NCBI GenBank assembly: GCA_014727815.1
Contig: WJMS01000257.1
Span: 1-60,577, forward strand
From: a candidate division GN15 bacterium
GTDB taxonomy: Bacteria; Zixibacteria; MSB-5A5; GN15; FEB-12
Length of the DNA: 60,577 nt
Direction of reading: 5' to 3'
A program made the translations under genes and the position numbers. The notes beneath the pieces were generated by a model. It made no database searches and was not told where the DNA came from. It was given only the letters and a program-made list of their open reading frames with translations. The number at the start of each line of letters is the position of its first letter. The stretch's first letter is position 1. Shown here piece by piece: positions 9,921-17,697 of the stretch.

Positions 9921-10751
9921 TCAGTTAGAGATGGAGTTGCCTTTGAGTTTCGGGCCCTCGGATGATTTCTTGGCCGAGGAACCCGACCCCGAAGATTGCG
10001 GCGACTCGTTTTTGTTCGCCCGCTTCTTCTCGGCATGCTTGTTCGCCCGCTGCTCCGCCCGGGAGGGGGCGTAGTTGTATCCGTAGTATTTGTAGTCGTA
10101 GTAGTACGGCAGGGTGTTGTTGGCGTTGTTGAGCACCACCCCGAGAATCTCGGTCTTGTTGCTGCGCATGATATCAACCGCCCGGGTGGCGACATCGCGC
10201 GAGGTCTGCCCCGCTCGAACCACCATCAAAACCCCGTCCACCTCCGGCGCCAGAAGCATCGGATCGGAAACCGGGATGATCGGCGCACAGTCGACAATGA
10301 TCAGGTCATAGTAAAACTTCATCTCCGTCAGCAACCGACCGATCGCCGGGGCATCAAACACCTCGGCCGCTTCCGCGGTCGGCCGCCCGGCGGTGATCAG
10401 ATCGAGATGCTCCAGGGGTGATTTGCGAACGACATTCTTGCCGATCAGACCGTTCTCCAGCACCCCGGTCAGACCGGGCTCGCGATCGACATTAAACAGC
10501 TTGTGAACGGTCGGCCGACGCAGGTCGGTGTCGACCAGCAGCGTCTTGATCCCCTTCTTTGCCGCCGTTATCGACATCAACGCACAGATCGTCGACTTGC
10601 CCTCGGAGAGATTGGCCGACGTGATCATGACCACCTTCAGTTCATGACCGGCGTCATGACGCTTCAGCCGCTGCAATAACCGACGGAACTCGGTGGCAAA
10701 GGGGCTCTCCAGGCTGTAGTAATCAATGATCGACAAGCTGCCTTTTTTCAT
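9921..10751 (-). CDS. BY-type protein tyrosine autokinase (CpsD/CapB-like, cytoplasmic, stand-alone)
   Basis: Walker A SANLSEGKST, Walker A' LLVDTDLRRP and Walker B DLIIVDCAP. C-terminal tyrosine cluster YYYDYKYYGYNY. Confidence 0.85.
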   Translation of the reverse strand: MKKGSLSIIDYYSLESPFATEFRRLLQRLKRHDAGHELKVVMITSANLSEGKSTICALMSITAAKKGIKTLLVDTDLRRPTVHKLFNVDREPGLTGVLENGLIGKNVVRKSPLEHLDLITAGRPTAEAAEVFDAPAIGRLLTEMKFYYDLIIVDCAPIIPVSDPMLLAPEVDGVLMVVRAGQTSRDVATRAVDIMRSNKTEILGVVLNNANNTLPYYYDYKYYGYNYAPSRAEQRANKHAEKKRANKNESPQSSGSGSSAKKSSEGPKLKGNSISN

Positions 10752-10758
10752 CGAGGCG

Positions 10759-11880
10759 TCAGCCTTTCTCCGTTATGCGACCGAGGGTCGCACAGATGTG
10801 TTCGTAGACCGTCTCGGTTTCCGACAACGCCGCCTGGGCCCGGCGCAGCGACGGGTTGATCTCGGTCGTCTTGCGGTAGTTCTCGATCGCCTTCTGCCAG
10901 GCCATCTTGGCCTGCTCGAGATAACACTGCGACAACTCTGCATACAAATCAACGTACGTCGGGTTCTTATTAATCTCAGCCTTCAAAAAGGCGATCCGAT
11001 CCGCGATCGCCCGCTCGGTCATCCAGCCCGGCACCAGCAAAAAGCGCGTGTGGAAGGCTGCAAATTCTTTACGCGTCGCTTCCCGCTTGGTTTCACGAAT
11101 CGTCTTGAGGGTCGTCAACGCCTCGCGCAACTCGCCGCGATGCAGCGCCTCGATCGCACTGTCATAGCGCGGCCCCCGGTAATCTTCATAGATCAGCGCG
11201 GCCTTCTTCAGGTAGTCCGTGATCTGGTTCGAGCGCGCCGGCCACTTGTCGCGGTTCGGCTCCCGAATCGCCTGCACGATATACGCCAGGGCCAGGTTGA
11301 AATAGGCATCGCCGTAGTACATATTGATCGCGATCGCCTCGGAAAACTGCTCGATCGCTCCCCGAAAATCATCAACCGCCAGCAACGCCTCCCCGTAGTT
11401 GTTGCGGTAGTCCGCAAACCGCGGCCGCATCGACACCGCCCGCTTGCCCGAATGCACCGCCTCGTCGGGATTGTTCAGCGCCAGCTCGGTAATCGTAAGG
11501 AAATTGTAGGCCTGGTGATGCTCGGTGCCGGTCGACGCCGTCTGGTAAAACAACTCGCGCGCCTCGGCATAAAACCCCTTGAAATAAAACGCCGTGCCCA
11601 GATGATACATCGTGTCCGGCTCGGCCGACTGGATCGCCTGGCGGTACGCCGTCAAAAGCGATTCGATCTCTTTCTTCTTCTCTCCATGACTGCTCTTGAC
11701 CAGCGTCAGCACTTCCTCGGGATCGATCTGCTGGGGGTGCGGACGGGTCACCCGCTCGGCCACCACCCCGTTGATGTAGATGGTGGTGGACACCGACCCG
11801 AGATTCGCGTCATTGGCGGTCTGGATGAGATACTCGCTTTCGTTCTCACGAAGCTTGCTGCTCAGTCGGTACGTTTCCAT
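10759..11880 (-). CDS. cytoplasmic TPR-repeat protein of unknown function
   Basis: 373 aa with no signal peptide or TM. Several TPR-like repeats (AFYFKGFYAEARELFYQ, AYFNLALAYI). Lies between the Wza-like and BY-kinase genes. Confidence 0.7.
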   Translation of the reverse strand: METYRLSSKLRENESEYLIQTANDANLGSVSTTIYINGVVAERVTRPHPQQIDPEEVLTLVKSSHGEKKKEIESLLTAYRQAIQSAEPDTMYHLGTAFYFKGFYAEARELFYQTASTGTEHHQAYNFLTITELALNNPDEAVHSGKRAVSMRPRFADYRNNYGEALLAVDDFRGAIEQFSEAIAINMYYGDAYFNLALAYIVQAIREPNRDKWPARSNQITDYLKKAALIYEDYRGPRYDSAIEALHRGELREALTTLKTIRETKREATRKEFAAFHTRFLLVPGWMTERAIADRIAFLKAEINKNPTYVDLYAELSQCYLEQAKMAWQKAIENYRKTTEINPSLRRAQAALSETETVYEHICATLGRITEKG

Positions 11881-11938
11881 CTCTCTCCTGCTCTACACTG
11901 CGACGTCACTCGCCTTGGTCACGGCCGCCGGCCGGGTC

Positions 11939-12955
11939 CTATGGCGCTGCAGCTCCCCCGGTATCCTCATCACCGGCCACCCGGTCGTAAATCAGCAGAA
12001 AGGTCGTTACCAATCCCGCCGCGGCGCCGATTATCGGCAGGGTCGTGGTCAGGAAGGACGATCGGCGTTCCGGGATATAAATTGCGTCTTCCTTACGCAG
12101 AATATAACGGCTCGGCACACCCGAGGCCGTGTACTTCTCCAGATTGAAGTGCAGCGACTGGGCGTAGTAGCTGTCCTTGGTCACCACCCGGGTCTTCTCG
12201 ATATCGGCCCCGGTCGACGGTCCCCCGGCCAGCGCGATCGCCTCGAGCACGTCCAGGTCTTCCTCGAACTGAATCGGCCCCGGCGAGTTTACCGAGCCCA
12301 TCACATAAATCACGTTGCGTTTCTCGGTCGTTCGCCCCAGCTCCTGCGAGGGCATCCCCATGACCGTCTGCGGAATCTCGACTCGATCCTGGCGCTCCAG
12401 GTCGGGAAGGTCTTTGAGTTGCCCCGATGCAATCGCCTCGGCCACATTGACCACTTCGATCGAACCGGCATCGTCACCGGCCCCGCGAATAATCGTCACC
12501 CGGGTCAGGTCGGCCGACTGGGTCGGACCGCCCGCCTCGTTGATCACCGACCAGAGATCGGGGATAGCCTCAAACGAGTACTTCCCCGGCGAGTTGACCT
12601 GACCGGTCACGTACACAAATCGATAATTGTACTCCATCACCCGCACCACTGCCTGCGAGATGGCGCGGTTGAGGCTGGAGATGCGACGGATGATGTCATC
12701 CTGGATCTCTTCGGTCGTCTTGCCGGCGACATTGACTTTGCCAATGATGTCGAGGGTGATGCTGCCGTCGAGCGCCACCCGTACCTGAGCGTTGAAATCG
12801 GGCTCCTGCCAGAATCGGATTTCGAGCACATCACCGGGGCCCACCCGATACTGCTCCTGGGCCGATACCGGAACGCTGAGGGCAAGCACCAGACAGACCG
12901 CCGCCAGGGTCGCGCTCGCAAGGGAATGGTGTCTACGGAACATATCTCGTTTCAT
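11939..12955 (-). CDS. polysaccharide export protein (Wza/EpsE-like, Poly_export + SLBB)
   Basis: Signal peptide after ATG 12955 (MKRDMFRRHHSLASATLAAVCLVLALSVPVSAQ). YRVGPGDVLEIRFWQEPDFN...GKVNVAGKTTEEIQ fits Poly_export. C-terminal TM helix present. Confidence 0.85.
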   Translation of the reverse strand: MKRDMFRRHHSLASATLAAVCLVLALSVPVSAQEQYRVGPGDVLEIRFWQEPDFNAQVRVALDGSITLDIIGKVNVAGKTTEEIQDDIIRRISSLNRAISQAVVRVMEYNYRFVYVTGQVNSPGKYSFEAIPDLWSVINEAGGPTQSADLTRVTIIRGAGDDAGSIEVVNVAEAIASGQLKDLPDLERQDRVEIPQTVMGMPSQELGRTTEKRNVIYVMGSVNSPGPIQFEEDLDVLEAIALAGGPSTGADIEKTRVVTKDSYYAQSLHFNLEKYTASGVPSRYILRKEDAIYIPERRSSFLTTTLPIIGAAAGLVTTFLLIYDRVAGDEDTGGAAAP

Positions 12956-13013
12956 AGCTAAAACCGCTTGTATTAAGAGAATCGGCAAATTACCGGGCTT
13001 CCTTAGAGCGATC

Positions 13014-13042
13014 AATATAGACCCCTCCTGATTGGGTGTAAA
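13014..13042 (-). promoter_or_regulatory. candidate sigma-70 promoter of the EPS export operon
   Basis: Minus strand: TTTACA-17 nt-TATATT, ~50 nt upstream of ATG 12955. Confidence 0.45.
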
Positions 13043-13043
13043 C

Positions 13044-13070
13044 AAAAAACACGGGAGGGCGCCCGGGGTT
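13044..13070 (-). terminator. possible intrinsic terminator after the GGDEF gene
   Basis: Minus strand: CCCCGGGCGCCCTCCCGTGTTTTTTG. A short GC stem (CGGG/CCCG) is followed by a T6 run. The stem is weak. Confidence 0.35.
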
Positions 13071-13075
13071 TCAGG

Positions 13076-14725
13076 CTATTTGACGGTCATGCCCTCTTGG
13101 TAGACCAGGAAGCTGTTTCGGCCCGCCTCCTTGGCCGTCAGCAGGGCCATGTCGGCGGCGTATATCAATCCCTTCTGGTCGGTGGCATGGTCGGGAAAGA
13201 CCGCCGCCCCCTGCGAGATTGTGCAGGCGATCACCCGGCTGTCTTCGTGCAGGTGGAATCGCGAGCTGGCTATCTTCTCGCAAAGACGAGCCATGAAACG
13301 CTGGGCGGTGGCCTGGTCGGCCTCGGGCATGATCACGCAGAACTCATCGCCTCCATATCGGGCAACAATATCGATGGCGCGAATCGAGTTGCGCAACATC
13401 TGGCCCAACCGTCGAAGCACCTGGTCACCGGACAGATGACCAAACTGGTCGTTGATCCCCTTGAGATCGTCCAGGTCGAATATGATCAACGCCAGGGAGC
13501 GCTGGTAGCGATGGGCGCGGTTGATCTCCTCCTGCAGCCGCTTGGTGAAGTAGCGCTGATTCGCCAGACCGGTCAGGTTGTCGGTAAACGAGAGCGCCTG
13601 GACCTTCTCGTACGACTCGGCATTCTGCACCAGCTCGAGCGCGGTCGGCACCAGCTGCTCCATGTGCTGGGCAATACTCTCCGGTTTCAGGTTCCCGTCG
13701 AGCAGCAACACCCCGCTGCGGCCGGAACTGATCGGAAACGCCGCCAGGAAGTCTATCCCCTCTCGCTTGAGGGACTGCGCCCAGTCGGCCAGTGAATCAT
13801 CAAGCTGAGCCAGCCGGCTCACCTCCCGGACACCCGAACCGGACAGCCCCGCTACCGCCCGGTCGAATACCTCGCGCGAAGGCACCGCCGGTCCTTTGCC
13901 ACCCGACGGATTGTAGTGCCGCAGCGGTTCGTTTTTTTCTTTCGGTTCGTAGATATAGGCTACCCGGTTCAAATTCAGCTCGCTGCGGATGCTGTCGATC
14001 AGCTTGGGCACGAGCGTGGCCGGGGTGCGATGCCGAACCAGTTTGAGAATGCCGAGCGGCGAGCGCGATGGTTCCACGGTCCGCCCGGCCGATCCGGGGG
14101 CAGACTGCATTGCATCGAGCTTGCGCGAGAGGCGCTCGAATCGCGTTTCATGCCACTTGACATGATAGGCCGCCGAAAGCGTCTGGGCCAGGCTGGCCAA
14201 CAACAGCGACAACACCGTTTCATCCGACTCACTCCGGCACTGCACAAAGTACAACCCGTACAGATTGGTGCGCCAGAAAACCGGAAAGAAACGATCGAAA
14301 CCATCGCGTTTCAGTCGCTCGTATACCCGGACAGGGACATGACTCTCGATCTCGGCCAACGGCCTCGGCTGATAGCGCTGACGGAGGAATTCGGTCAACT
14401 CGGACGTGTGCCGCACGCGAAACTCGCTGCGCTGAAAGCGGCGGATACCATGGTAGTAGTTGAGTTCGAGAAAAGCGCGTTGCTTGCGCAGGAAGACAAT
14501 CCGCTCGCACCCGAGCGGCCCCTTGAGCAGATCGGACACCGTACTGGCGACCGCCTGGATCTCCCCCCGAGCGGCATTGTCGGACAACAGCGACATGTAC
14601 CGGTCAGGCTCGAACGCCGGCGGCAACGCGGCTGACGAACCTCGCCGACTGTTTCGAATCAGGATGCCAATGAGGACGATTACCAGGGCCGACAACAGGA
14701 TGATGGCGGCAACTTGGATATCCAT
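13076..14725 (-). CDS. membrane-anchored diguanylate cyclase (GAF-like region + GGDEF)
   Basis: N-terminal TM helix. C-terminal GGDEF domain with intact RYGGDEFCVIM, and the RxxD I-site RAID five residues upstream. Confidence 0.9.
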   Translation of the reverse strand: MDIQVAAIILLSALVIVLIGILIRNSRRGSSAALPPAFEPDRYMSLLSDNAARGEIQAVASTVSDLLKGPLGCERIVFLRKQRAFLELNYYHGIRRFQRSEFRVRHTSELTEFLRQRYQPRPLAEIESHVPVRVYERLKRDGFDRFFPVFWRTNLYGLYFVQCRSESDETVLSLLLASLAQTLSAAYHVKWHETRFERLSRKLDAMQSAPGSAGRTVEPSRSPLGILKLVRHRTPATLVPKLIDSIRSELNLNRVAYIYEPKEKNEPLRHYNPSGGKGPAVPSREVFDRAVAGLSGSGVREVSRLAQLDDSLADWAQSLKREGIDFLAAFPISSGRSGVLLLDGNLKPESIAQHMEQLVPTALELVQNAESYEKVQALSFTDNLTGLANQRYFTKRLQEEINRAHRYQRSLALIIFDLDDLKGINDQFGHLSGDQVLRRLGQMLRNSIRAIDIVARYGGDEFCVIMPEADQATAQRFMARLCEKIASSRFHLHEDSRVIACTISQGAAVFPDHATDQKGLIYAADMALLTAKEAGRNSFLVYQEGMTVK

Positions 14726-14760
14726 GCGACACGTTCTCCCGGGGAGAAGGTTACCTCCTC

Positions 14761-14788
14761 AATGTAGGAATTGTCGGGGGAATGTCAA
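14761..14788 (-). promoter_or_regulatory. candidate sigma-70 promoter of the GGDEF gene
   Basis: Minus strand: TTGACA-16 nt-TACATT, ending ~35 nt upstream of ATG 14725. Confidence 0.5.
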
Positions 14789-14801
14789 CAAAAACAACGA
14801 C

Positions 14802-15032
14802 TTACAGGCGATTGCGAGCGTACCGAAAACGCGCCCGGCGCGACAACAGGCGATGCCGCTTGAGGATTCGCCAGACCTGCCACCAGCCCACCGTCACCCG
14901 CACGGCGCGCTGATTGATCTCCCGCTTCATCTCCCCGATCGTCGCAAAAGGATCGTAACGGACCATCTGCAAAACGACAATCTCCGGATCATCGCTGGAG
15001 AAATCTTCCTCCCCGGCCTGATCGCCGGGCAT
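14802..15032 (-). CDS. small hypothetical protein, possible helix-turn-helix
   Basis: 76 aa with an acidic N-terminus. The segment TIGEMKREINQRAVRVTVGWWQVWRILKRHRL resembles HTH segments of transposase and regulator N-termini. Codon third positions are GC-rich like neighbouring genes. Not certain to be real. Confidence 0.35.
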   Translation of the reverse strand: MPGDQAGEEDFSSDDPEIVVLQMVRYDPFATIGEMKREINQRAVRVTVGWWQVWRILKRHRLLSRRARFRYARNRL

Positions 15033-15082
15033 ATGATGGGTGGGGGTGGTACTGGACTGCGGCGCGACTTTGTCAACGACCG

Positions 15083-15487
15083 TTACGGTTTCCGCGACCC
15101 GGTCTTTTTTTTTCCGCCGCCCGATGAGCCGGCTTCCTGGAAGTTGGCCCGGGCATCATCAACCGACCGGTACGACTTGAGGACATTGTCGAACTCGAGC
15201 AGTTCGTAGATCTCATAGACATTCGGAATCATCCCGGCCAGCTTGATATCGCCGCCGTTGCTGCGGACGTCGCGGATGTGGGAAATGAATATACCCCAGC
15301 CGGCCGAGGAAATGTAATCGACACCGGCCAGATCGATCACGATCTTGTAGCGCTCCCGCTTGATCAGCGAATCGATCACTTCCTCCAGCTCGGAGGCGGT
15401 CAGGGTATCGATGACCCCGTCGATACGGACCTCGGACACCGCTTTGTCCTGACCCGATTCCAATAACGATATGCTGATATTGTCCAT
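15083..15487 (-). CDS. STAS-domain anti-sigma-factor antagonist (SpoIIAA/RsbV-like)
   Basis: DLAGVDYISSAGWGIFIS contains the conserved phosphorylatable Ser context. The ATG at 15487 (MDNISISLL) is preferred over the tracked start at 15535. Confidence 0.85.
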   Translation of the reverse strand: MDNISISLLESGQDKAVSEVRIDGVIDTLTASELEEVIDSLIKRERYKIVIDLAGVDYISSAGWGIFISHIRDVRSNGGDIKLAGMIPNVYEIYELLEFDNVLKSYRSVDDARANFQEAGSSGGGKKKTGSRKP

Positions 15488-15534
15488 GACAAGTATATGA
15501 TAAGTTCGTCCTGCAGTACCGCACCCATTTAACA

Positions 15535-15563
15535 ATATCGGCAGGAATCAGGCAAGAACTTTA
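15535..15563 (-). promoter_or_regulatory. sigma-28/SigD-like element upstream of the STAS gene
   Basis: Minus strand: TAAAGTT...GCCGATAT. The -10 matches the SigD consensus GCCGATAT, but the TAAA to -10 spacer is 17 nt against a canonical 15. The -35 overlaps the upstream stop codon. Confidence 0.3.
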
Positions 15564-17636
15564 TTCATCGCCGTCCTGAGGAGACGAGGACGCCGATGAA
15601 TCGGTGGATCGGTATGTCTGCGAATCGATTACCGCCCGACCAGCCGGCTCCTGATGTTTCTCCGACGAGCTTTTCCGACCTTCGGTCCGGGCCAGGATGA
15701 ACGTGATATCATCGTTTTGCTTGGCAAATCCGGAGAACGCATCCAGTTCCTCGACAATCCCCGCGGCGAGCTTCGAGAGCTGGATCGCCTCGTCACCCAC
15801 CAGTTGCTGCTGTAAAAACTCGACCAGCCGACCCATCCCGTACTGGTTGCCGTCGCGATCGGTCGCCTCCGTGATGCCGTCCGTATACACCAGGAACAGG
15901 TCGTTTTCGTCCAGTTCCACCGAGACCTCCTCGAGGCCACTGCCGAAATCACGGTCGAGCGTCACCGGCACCCCCAGCGGCATACCGGTCGGATTCAACG
16001 TCTTGAGCTGCCCGCTCTTCGCCTGGTAGTAAATCATCGGGTTGTGCCCCGCCGAGACGAACGTCAGGCGGCTCGCCGACGTGTCATAAATCGCCAGCAG
16101 CACCGTGATGAACATCCCCGGCGGAATATTGGCCTTCAAATAGTCGTCCACCGCCAGCATGACCTGCTTGGCCGACCGGGCGCCGACCGCATGAATCTGA
16201 ATGACCGTCCGAAGCATCGACATCACCAGCGACGCCGGCACACCCTTCCCGGACACATCGGCCACCACCAGACAAAAACGACCGTCACCGATCTCAAAGA
16301 CATCGTACAGGTCACCCCCGACCACCGAGGCGGCCCGGTAGTAGGCATCGAGCTGAAGCCCCGGTATCGCCGGCAACTGTACCGGCAGCAGCGTCTTCTG
16401 AATCTGTGAGGCCACCTCGATCTCCTTGGCCATCTTCTCCCGCTCGATGATGTTCCGACGGTCTTTGCTCAGCCGGGTCATCATGTCATTGAGAGCGCGG
16501 GCAATCTCGAAAAACTCGTCGGCGCCCTCGAGCGGAAGCTCCGTTTCAAGGTCACCTGATGTAAACCGTCTCACTCGATGCGTGATCTTGGCGATCGGCT
16601 TGACGAAGTAGTTCGACAAGAGATAAATGCCGAGAATACCAACCAGCAGCAGCAGACCGGTAAACATGATAATCCGCTTACGCACCGCCGCGAGTTTCTC
16701 ATCAACCGGCTCCGACGAGTAGACCGTATGCACCCGCCCGAAAAAGCGCGGTCCGGCCCGGATGTTCAGCGCCAGGTAGTTCAACTTACTCTGCGTCGTA
16801 TCGAGCGATTGGTGTACCCCGATCAACTGCGGATCGATCTCATTCGGCGCCTGGTACGGCTTCCGAATGTTCGAGATGTCACCCGAGTGCGCCCGAATCA
16901 AACCGGTGCTGTCGGTCAACACCACCAGCTTGAGCGTCGGGTTGGCCCGCGTGTAACTGACAATCAATTCGTCAAACTCGACATCGGAACGCGAGTTGAT
17001 ATAGTACCCCGCCGCCTGGTCGGCAATCGTCGAACTGAGCGCCCAGACCATGTCCTCGAGATGCCCCCGCACCTCCATCTTGGTGCGCCGGTCGACGAAA
17101 TAAAATGCCGCGGCAATGATGAGACTGACAATGAGGAAGGTGAAAAACGAGAACTTCGCCCGAAGCGTGAACATGCGGCGAAGCAGCGGCGGCGTGTCGG
17201 TCGCCGACAACCCGCGTATCCGCTTGAGCATCCGAAGCTCATTGAACCCGGCCGCCGAGATATACTCGACCGAATCCATGATCTTGCTGATCATGTAAAA
17301 GCCGAGCCCACCCTTGCGGCCCGACTCGACCAGCTTCTCGAGGTCGATCTTCCCGGTCTGCTCCGGATGAAAAGACCGCCCCGAATCGATCAGCGAAAAC
17401 GCAATGATCTTGCGGTAGACGACAATGCGCAGGCGAAGCGTGCCCTTTTCGTACAGGTAGGCGTGACGGATGATATTGGTCGCGCCCTCTTCGATCGCCA
17501 GCAGCACCGCCGTCACGTCCCGGCGCGACATCCCGGCCGCCGTGCACGCCTCCTTGACGATCCGCTGGATCGAATCGAGATACCGCTCCTCGGCGACAAA
17601 CTCGGCGTTGATTTCCTTGATCGGGCGGCGGAACAT
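15561..17636 (-). CDS. fused RsbW-type Ser kinase / 2-TM sensor / HAMP / PP2C (SpoIIE) phosphatase
   Basis: The N-terminal ~140 aa look like an anti-sigma HATPase (LLAIEEGATNIIRHAY...IDSGRSF...GGLGFYMI). Two TM helices flank ~140 aa, followed by a HAMP-like segment. PP2C motifs GGDLYDVF, VVADVSGKGVPASL, VYTDGITEA and DDITFIL are present. Confidence 0.9.
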   Translation of the reverse strand: MFRRPIKEINAEFVAEERYLDSIQRIVKEACTAAGMSRRDVTAVLLAIEEGATNIIRHAYLYEKGTLRLRIVVYRKIIAFSLIDSGRSFHPEQTGKIDLEKLVESGRKGGLGFYMISKIMDSVEYISAAGFNELRMLKRIRGLSATDTPPLLRRMFTLRAKFSFFTFLIVSLIIAAAFYFVDRRTKMEVRGHLEDMVWALSSTIADQAAGYYINSRSDVEFDELIVSYTRANPTLKLVVLTDSTGLIRAHSGDISNIRKPYQAPNEIDPQLIGVHQSLDTTQSKLNYLALNIRAGPRFFGRVHTVYSSEPVDEKLAAVRKRIIMFTGLLLLVGILGIYLLSNYFVKPIAKITHRVRRFTSGDLETELPLEGADEFFEIARALNDMMTRLSKDRRNIIEREKMAKEIEVASQIQKTLLPVQLPAIPGLQLDAYYRAASVVGGDLYDVFEIGDGRFCLVVADVSGKGVPASLVMSMLRTVIQIHAVGARSAKQVMLAVDDYLKANIPPGMFITVLLAIYDTSASRLTFVSAGHNPMIYYQAKSGQLKTLNPTGMPLGVPVTLDRDFGSGLEEVSVELDENDLFLVYTDGITEATDRDGNQYGMGRLVEFLQQQLVGDEAIQLSKLAAGIVEELDAFSGFAKQNDDITFILARTEGRKSSSEKHQEPAGRAVIDSQTYRSTDSSASSSPQDGDE

Positions 17637-17697
17637 AACTGGAACCGTTAGTGCGGGTGAGTACGCATCATCGACCGGCGCCGCGCACGGCGATAGT

